A stretch of DNA of 56,343 nt from a virus (lineage: Duplodnaviria; Caudoviricetes), in the IMG/VR virus record IMGVR_UViG_3300029448_000046, positions 1 through 56,343 of that record. The stretch is one strand, 5' to 3'. Made by a program: the position numbers and the translations under genes. A model generated the notes under the pieces. That model made no database searches. It was not told the origin of the DNA and saw nothing but the letters and a program-made list of their open reading frames with translations. Below are positions 36,642-43,091 of the stretch, one piece after another; position 1 is the stretch's first letter, and each line of letters starts with the position of its first letter.

Positions 36642-37019
36642 CTATGCGGCCACGTTGCAGTTCCAGTTTTCAATTCCATCAAGTTCTTCCAATCTAAAAA
36701 CATCGTCGGAACGGATGTAATATTTGAACCCGTTTTTTACGATGACAGGCCAGAAATTGTGTTGTGAAAATCTATAGTTCCTGCCAAGTAACTCTAGGAT
36801 TGAATTTAATCTGTCACGGGTTGTTCGCGTGTTGTATCCGCAAAGTGACATAGTGATGTCCATGCCGCCGCCGCGACGGGCGATTAAATTGCCATGCAAA
36901 AACATTCTGTAAATGTTGTTTTCTTCTGTTTTGTATTCGACTTTTACAACAGTGTTTACAGAACAGCTTTTGTAGCCTTCACAAAACGCGAGAGCCATTT
37001 TTTCTGATAAATTTCTCAT
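36642..37019 (-). CDS. hypothetical early protein
   Basis: Start MRNLS behind AAAGGA; LHGNLIA...G..TRTTRDRLN...Q.NF motif of conserved phage proteins. Confidence 0.65.
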   Translation of the reverse strand: MRNLSEKMALAFCEGYKSCSVNTVVKVEYKTEENNIYRMFLHGNLIARRGGGMDITMSLCGYNTRTTRDRLNSILELLGRNYRFSQHNFWPVIVKNGFKYYIRSDDVFRLEELDGIENWNCNVAA

Positions 37020-37029
37020 TTTGAAAGTT

Positions 37030-37895
37030 CCTTTTTCAAGTTCCGAAGCGGTGATGTGTTCACCGCCTAGGCAGTCCACCAGACTAGCTAGGCAGTGACA
37101 GGACAATGTTGCCCTGCCACCTGAAACTTTTTACTTTCCACCTGACATCCCTGTCATGCGCCGCACTGGCAACGAATGATAGAACTGTCAGGGCTGATGC
37201 AGTCCGGCAAACCGTGTCACTTGTTCCACGGATGCGGGAAGCTTGGTGAAATAGGGCATTCAGCAAAGCCCGCCGCCGAAGCGACAACCTGTCATGGTCA
37301 GTGGCAAGGGGGGCGAAGCCCAATTCAAATTCCAAACGTACAACCTCTTATTGCACGTCCAACATCAAAGCCCGTTTTGGGGGTCTCGACTGCATAGCAT
37401 CCTGTTTGTGGGGTATGGTAGCCCTGCCCATTTTCGGGGGTCTTAATCAGTATTGAAAGCGTTCTATGTGGGGGTTGATTACCCTGCCAAGTTGGGGGTC
37501 TGTGAAGGGTAACTGAAAGGTTCGGTATGTAGAAGTCCTACACCTGACAGTCGCCGGACAATTGACCGTTTCCAACGGGTCTAACGCACACCTGATAATG
37601 TACCGTTTCCGGTGGGTCTAATGCACAATCAGCGCGATTAACCAGTTCCAAGGGGTCTGGATGATGTTGCTTGCGTATAGCGTGTTAGTCTTTTTAACGA
37701 TGAGAAAAAGCGAACCGAAGCACCACAATGCCATCCGGTGGAGTATCGGGGGGCTGGAATTGACCGCCAGTGCAGTCATTAGGCCAGCCCTGTCCGACTG
37801 CCTTCCGGTCAGCAGGGTGATGGGTCACGGGTTGTAAGTCCGTGTCGGTATGAACAATAAGAAAAAGCGCACCACAATAGAGAGTGGCAATAGTC
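37030..37895. ncRNA. candidate large structured RNA / leader
   Basis: No credible CDS; many hairpins, long-range complementary segments and repeated GGGTCT units; strand unresolved. Confidence 0.45.
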
Positions 37896-37901
37896 CAGTC
37901 T

Positions 37902-37930
37902 AATATATGTTGTACAATCTCTGAAACAAG
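37902..37930 (-). promoter_or_regulatory. putative leftward early promoter
   Basis: CTTGTT-N17-TATATT on the minus strand. Confidence 0.35.
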
Positions 37931-38038
37931 TAGTCAGGTCAAATAAGTTTTGGACAAAGGACAAGCCTTGTCCAAGGCGTGGAAATGTCGGTGCTTAACT
38001 GTAGGGGGGTGGTACAATAGCTAAGAGAGGTCAAAGAT

Positions 38039-38524
38039 ATGGCAAGTAAGAAACACACAACACAGTCGGGACTGACAGATAAACAGGAAACCTTTTGTCA
38101 GGCTTATACGGTAGGTGACCAAAAGGGCAACGCATCTGCGAGTTACAGAACCGCCTACGCTTGTGACCGGATGAAACCCGCCAGCATTCGAGCGGAAGCA
38201 TGTCGGCTGTTGGATAACCCTAACGTTTCCCAACGCATAAACGCTCTAAACACCCAAATAGCGCATCAGAACCGCTTGCAACGGGTCTCGCTAAGACAGA
38301 AAGTCACAGAGGGACTGTTACTAGAAGCATCAGCGGCTGAAAGCCCTGCGGCACGGGTCAGGGCGTGGGAATTGATTGGGAAACTCGACGGCGTCGATGC
38401 CTTCGGTGCTGAAAAGGTCGAGACAACTACTACTGTTTCGAGCCAACAGGCCGAAACTGAACTGCAACAGGCTGTTGCGGCGGCCTTGCAGGATGACAGT
38501 GTTGTCCAGCTCTTCAGTAAGTAA
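38039..38524 (+). CDS. terS: terminase small subunit
   Basis: LTDKQETFCQAY....NAS.SYR.AY.......EACRLL.NP.V..RI; A.ELIGK. Confidence 0.85.
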   Translation: MASKKHTTQSGLTDKQETFCQAYTVGDQKGNASASYRTAYACDRMKPASIRAEACRLLDNPNVSQRINALNTQIAHQNRLQRVSLRQKVTEGLLLEASAAESPAARVRAWELIGKLDGVDAFGAEKVETTTTVSSQQAETELQQAVAAALQDDSVVQLFSK

Positions 38525-38815
38525 CTGATATCGTTTGTTTTCTGTCCCATTCTCTATGGAATTCAACGGCTTGACGCCCATGCCCGAAAATCAAAAGAAA
38601 CAGGGGTGTACCTTCTCAGGTTTTGCCCGGCTGACCCAAGACCCCCTACCCCCCTGCACGCACACGCACGCACATACATGTATACATAGGACTACACACG
38701 AATAATTTACCCAAAATCCCAGCATTCGCCCCCTTCTACATAAGTGTCGGGTCTTAAATTAGAGAAAAAAGCCAAGGAATCCTACCCCTGTACAAATTAT
38801 ATACAGGTTTTTGAG

Positions 38816-38844
38816 TTGACTACCTCTAATACTGGCTATATAGT
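38816..38844 (+). promoter_or_regulatory. sigma70-like promoter
   Basis: TTGACT-N17-TATAGT. Confidence 0.7.
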
Positions 38845-38932
38845 TTTAATTGCGAGTCATTTATCGCAACGCTGAGAGAGGGGTCGCTCTTTAAGTCAAT
38901 CCTTCCTCCCTTACCGCTTGGAGGGCGACCCT

Positions 38933-39139
38933 ATGCCTAGGTTAATCTGGGAAGATGCTGATGGTGAGATAGATTTTGACGAGTCGCGTATGTCTGATTG
39001 GTTCGTCATGGCGACTCAGAACCTGATTGAGTACGATATTCCCGAAGATGAAGTTGCGTGGATGTTATTCCTGATGGGAGCTGAGACCGCTGTAAGGGGC
39101 AATGCGGGAGACAGCCCATATGGCGAGAAGGACTCGTAA
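38933..39139 (+). CDS. hypothetical protein
   Basis: SD GGAGGG before MPRLIW. Confidence 0.55.
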   Translation: MPRLIWEDADGEIDFDESRMSDWFVMATQNLIEYDIPEDEVAWMLFLMGAETAVRGNAGDSPYGEKDS

Positions 39140-39386
39140 AGATGTCACTAAAAGCACAAGCAAAAAAGAAATTGAGTGCAGTGGGTGCGGCCTTGTCTTC
39201 TTCGCAAGAGAAGAGAACTGGGTTGCCCTCGCAAGCGGGGACTTCGTCCACTACGGTGGAGAGTGGGAAGATAAATGCCACCGTGTTCTCAGGGAAAGGA
39301 ATGAGGCACGAAGAGTTCATGAAGCAACAGAGCCTGAAAGAAGGTACTGGGCTTCATATGAGCAAGGATGGCCAGAGCAATACTGA
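39120..39386 (+). CDS. hypothetical protein with CxxC..H..C
   Basis: ECSGCG...H....C; overlaps both neighbours. Confidence 0.45.
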   Translation: MARRTRKDVTKSTSKKEIECSGCGLVFFAREENWVALASGDFVHYGGEWEDKCHRVLRERNEARRVHEATEPERRYWASYEQGWPEQY

Positions 39387-39597
39387 TGATGTTAACTCTC
39401 CATCCCATTACAACCAGTCAGGGATAGAGTGCATAGACGCTATACGCGCGGCACTGGGACCAGAGGGTTTCAAATATTATTGTCAGGGAAACATTATAAA
39501 ATACATATGGCGTTACCGTTACAAAAACGGTGTTCAGGATTTGAAAAAGGACGAGTGGTACTTGAGGGAACTAATAAAGGCAACCGAAGAGGACTAA
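39358..39597 (+). CDS. DUF3310 (T7 gp1.7-like) protein
   Basis: D.VN.PSHY..GIECIDAI...GNIIKYIWRY..KNG..DLKK..WYL. Confidence 0.85.
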   Translation: MSKDGQSNTDDVNSPSHYNQSGIECIDAIRAALGPEGFKYYCQGNIIKYIWRYRYKNGVQDLKKDEWYLRELIKATEED

Positions 39598-39599
39598 GC

Positions 39600-39953
39600 T
39601 TGGAATACAACTCTAACTTTAGATATGACTTAAAGCGCGGCCAAGACGCTGAGAAGTGGCTAGGCGGATTACTAGAAGCAGATACTCTGGAAGTTAAAAG
39701 GGATTTTAAAGCCAGTAGAACAAAAAGAGTATTCGTCGAATATGAAAGCAGGGGTAAGCCGTCAGGTGTATCCACCAGTGAAGCTGACTACTGGGCGTTC
39801 ATTCTTGATGATGCGGTTATCATGTTGCCATTGCACAGACTAAAGCGTCTGGTTGATATTGCTATAGATGATAAACGGGTCGCCAACGGCGGCGATAAGA
39901 ATACGTCGAAGGGTGCATTGATAGATATCGATGACCTTACAAAGATTGACTGA
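39600..39953 (+). CDS. conserved phage protein, PD-(D/E)XK-like
   Basis: F..DL..G...E, EVK.D, FVEYESRGKPSG..TS.ADYW; TTG start assumed. Confidence 0.65.
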   Translation: MEYNSNFRYDLKRGQDAEKWLGGLLEADTLEVKRDFKASRTKRVFVEYESRGKPSGVSTSEADYWAFILDDAVIMLPLHRLKRLVDIAIDDKRVANGGDKNTSKGALIDIDDLTKID

Positions 39954-40100
39954 ATTGATTTCAAGAATTGAACGAAGGTGGTCAGAGCGAAAGAGAAACA
40001 TCAGGTATCAGAAGTTTCTCAGGCGTAGGATTTTATTTAACAGTCTGTTTAAGTGGATGAACACTAGGCCAGCAAAAACAATATACCCGGAGAAAAAGTA

Positions 40101-40427
40101 ATGGACTTTCAAAACTACCAGTCAAAGGCCAGAACAACGGCTGTATACCCGTCTGAATATAGGATTATATACACGACCCTCGGATTGTGTGGAGAGGCGG
40201 GAGAGATTTCTGAAAAGGTAAAAAAGGTTATTAGAGACAAGGGTGGTGTGTTCACCGAAGAAGACCGCGCTGAAATCTCCAAAGAGTTAGGCGATGTGCT
40301 TTGGTATCTGTCTCAACTTGCCGCTGACTTGGATATACGTCTTGAGCAGGTAGCAGAAGATAATCTTGAAAAGCTTTTCTCCAGACAGAGTCGCGGCAAA
40401 ATCAGTGGGTCTGGAGACAACCGTTAG
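40101..40427 (+). CDS. MazG-like NTP pyrophosphohydrolase
   Basis: LGL.GEAGE..EKVKK, KELGDVLWY, N..KL..R..RG...GSGDNR. Confidence 0.9.
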   Translation: MDFQNYQSKARTTAVYPSEYRIIYTTLGLCGEAGEISEKVKKVIRDKGGVFTEEDRAEISKELGDVLWYLSQLAADLDIRLEQVAEDNLEKLFSRQSRGKISGSGDNR

Positions 40428-40477
40428 CAATCAAAGTAAATAGGCGGTGTGCCACTTCCTAGTGGTATTTTGTAACT

Positions 40478-41989
40478 ATGGAAGCGTCTGCTCAAGAACT
40501 CCTCAAAAATCTAGACAAGCTACCGCCTGAACATTACGAGGCGGTAACTGTTGCGCTTGCAAAATGGCATGAGGCTAAAAGAATAGATAAGTCTAAGGAC
40601 AGCTTCCTAGACTTTGTTAAGGTTGTGTGGCCAGCATTTATCGAAGGTCCACACCATAGAATAATGGCTGAGAAGTTTCAAAAGGTAGCCAGCGGCGAGT
40701 TGAAGCGTATCATCATCAATATCGCTCCTCGACACGGTAAGTCTGAACTTACCTCTTGGCTACTACCAGCTTGGATGCTTGGGAAAGACCCTAGTAAGAA
40801 AATCATTGCCGCAACGCACACGGCAGATTTCTCTGTAAGGTTTGGTCGAAAGGTTCGTAACCTCATCGACTCCGAGTCATTCAAGGGGGTATTCCCAAAC
40901 ATCTCTCTCAGGGCTGACTCAAAGGCCGCTGGTAGATGGGATGTTTCAGGCGGCGGAGAATACTTCGCTGTCGGTGTTGGCGGTGCAATGACTGGGCGTG
41001 GTGCAGACCTGCTTATCATTGACGACCCTCACTCAGAGACTGCTGGTATTAGTCCGTCTCTTGATTACTTTGATGGTGTTTATGAATGGTATGCATCTGG
41101 TCCGAGACAGCGTCTCCAGCCGGGCGGTGCAATCATAATCGTCATGACCCGCTGGCATCAGTTAGACCTGACGGGTCAGATACTCCAGTCATCAGAAGAC
41201 AGGAAGGGTTCCGACAAATGGGAAGTGATTGAGCTTCCTGCTATGTACGAAAACGGCGAACCTCTTTGGCCAGACTTCTGGAGCAAGGAGGAGCTAGACG
41301 CTCTGAAGGCGGAGCTTCCCATTTCAAAGTGGGAGGCCCAGTACCAGCAACAGCCCACCTCTGAAGAGGGTGCGCTTATCAAGAGAGAGTACTGGAGAGA
41401 GTGGCGAGCCGATAACCCACCCCAATGTGATTACATAATTCAGTCAGTAGATACAGCGCATACCAAGAACGCGAGGTCTGACTACTCCGCAATAACAACA
41501 TGGGGTGTATTCCAACATCCAAATGATGACGGACAAGTTACAGCCAACATCATTCTTCTCGACGCAGTTAACGAAAAACTTGAGTTCCCTGAATTAAAGA
41601 ACAGGGCTTTGGAGCTTTATTATTCTTATGAACCAGACGGATATCTTATTGAAGCAAAGGCGGCGGGTTTACCGCTTATACAAGAACTGCGAGCGAGCGG
41701 TATTCCTGTCATGGATTACACTCCGAGTCGCGGCCAAGATAAATTATCGCGGGTTAATGCTATCACTGACATCTTTGCTAACGGCATTGTTTGGTATCCT
41801 AAAACACGATGGGCTGAAGAAGTGGTTGAGCAATGCGCGTCGTTCCCTCAAGGAGCGCATGATGACCTTGTTGACTGCACGACCTTGGCGTTGATGCGTT
41901 TTAGACAAGGCGGGTTTATCAGTCTTGATAATGATTACGGCGATGAGAGTGACGAGTGGTTACCTCGGCGCAAAGAGCCTTACTACTAG
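40478..41989 (+). CDS. terL: terminase large subunit
   Basis: PRHGKSE, G.GADLLIIDDP, MTRWH..DL, YQQ.P, DTA, FP.GAHDDLVD. Confidence 0.95.
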   Translation: MEASAQELLKNLDKLPPEHYEAVTVALAKWHEAKRIDKSKDSFLDFVKVVWPAFIEGPHHRIMAEKFQKVASGELKRIIINIAPRHGKSELTSWLLPAWMLGKDPSKKIIAATHTADFSVRFGRKVRNLIDSESFKGVFPNISLRADSKAAGRWDVSGGGEYFAVGVGGAMTGRGADLLIIDDPHSETAGISPSLDYFDGVYEWYASGPRQRLQPGGAIIIVMTRWHQLDLTGQILQSSEDRKGSDKWEVIELPAMYENGEPLWPDFWSKEELDALKAELPISKWEAQYQQQPTSEEGALIKREYWREWRADNPPQCDYIIQSVDTAHTKNARSDYSAITTWGVFQHPNDDGQVTANIILLDAVNEKLEFPELKNRALELYYSYEPDGYLIEAKAAGLPLIQELRASGIPVMDYTPSRGQDKLSRVNAITDIFANGIVWYPKTRWAEEVVEQCASFPQGAHDDLVDCTTLALMRFRQGGFISLDNDYGDESDEWLPRRKEPYY

Positions 41990-41998
41990 GGAGAAACA

Positions 41999-43072
41999 AT
42001 GCCGCCAAAAAACCACAAGAGCTGGGTGAAAGAGCCAAACATAGAATACGTTAACTCTCTTATCTACTCAGACCAAGGCTTGTACGAGCAGGAGATAGAG
42101 AAGATATTTTCTAAGGTCTGGGTTCCCTGCTTTCACAAAAGCGAACTACCAAAGGCTGGTAACTTCAGAACTGGTCAGATAGCAGGACAAAACATTCTTG
42201 CTTACAACACTGGCAGGGAGATAGTTGCTTATCGGAACTACAGTGTGAATGAACCTAGTGGTACGTTTGCGGCTCATATCGTAACCTCAGAGCCAAAGCT
42301 ACATTGCGAAGTAAAGCATGGCGGCATGGTCTGGGTCACCTTAGACCCCAATCCCTCCCAGAGTGTAGAAGAGTGGACAGGTGGTGCTTTTGATTGCATT
42401 GCAAAAGCGATTGATACCGAAGAGCTAGAGGTATTTCACTATCACAAGGCTATCATTGATACCAATTACAAGCTTTGGCACGATACCAATAGCGAGTTCT
42501 ATCATGACTTCATGCACTATCATAACCGCGTAACTGGCTTCAACGACGCCTATTTCGCACGTAAGAACATTCCATTCGACAATGGGCATGTGAATGTCAG
42601 TAGCTTCACAGTTCAGTATGAAGAGTATGAAGGCTTTGAAGATAGAGGTGAGCTGTCATTCCCTAACCTGCCGCCCAACCAGTGGTACATGGTTGACCTG
42701 TTTCCGGGTTATAACTTCAACCTGAGAGGTAGTGCCTATCGCAGTGATAGTATCACGCCTCTTGGTCCAAACAAGGTGATGATTGAGTTTCGTGGTTACG
42801 GACTAAAGAGTGACAGCCCAGAAGACCGTGCCACACGCATCGAACATCATAATTCTATATGGGGACCTTTCGGCAGAAACCTCCATGAAGATTTGATTGG
42901 TGTCTCAGGACAAGGCACAACCATGCGTCCCAACACAGAGCCTCGTAACATTCTTCATGGTCGCCATGAAGGTGGAACAATCCATGATGAGGTTGGAATG
43001 AGGCACTACTACGCTGAGTGGTCAAAGTGGATTGGCGTTCCGGCAAACAACCCCCTACAGGAAACGGCATAA
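41999..43072 (+). CDS. msmA: methanesulfonate monooxygenase alpha subunit-like protein lacking Rieske ligands
   Basis: Ring-hydroxylase start IY.D...Y..E..KIF...W...H.SELP; NYKLWHDTNSEFYHDFMH and WGPFGRNLHED match my recollection of MsmA; no CxH...CxxH. Confidence 0.75.
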   Translation: MPPKNHKSWVKEPNIEYVNSLIYSDQGLYEQEIEKIFSKVWVPCFHKSELPKAGNFRTGQIAGQNILAYNTGREIVAYRNYSVNEPSGTFAAHIVTSEPKLHCEVKHGGMVWVTLDPNPSQSVEEWTGGAFDCIAKAIDTEELEVFHYHKAIIDTNYKLWHDTNSEFYHDFMHYHNRVTGFNDAYFARKNIPFDNGHVNVSSFTVQYEEYEGFEDRGELSFPNLPPNQWYMVDLFPGYNFNLRGSAYRSDSITPLGPNKVMIEFRGYGLKSDSPEDRATRIEHHNSIWGPFGRNLHEDLIGVSGQGTTMRPNTEPRNILHGRHEGGTIHDEVGMRHYYAEWSKWIGVPANNPLQETA

Positions 43073-43091
43073 ATAGCCAAAGGTTTTAGAG

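Noticed and set aside
37084-37397. ORFs 37084-37335 (-) and 37176-37397 (+)
   Set aside because: No clear SD or recognisable motifs; they overlap the hairpin-rich region and are probably chance ORFs
37370-37660. CRISPR or TIGR array
   Set aside because: Repeats are short, degenerate and of two periodicities; no cas or Nop-domain gene was recognised
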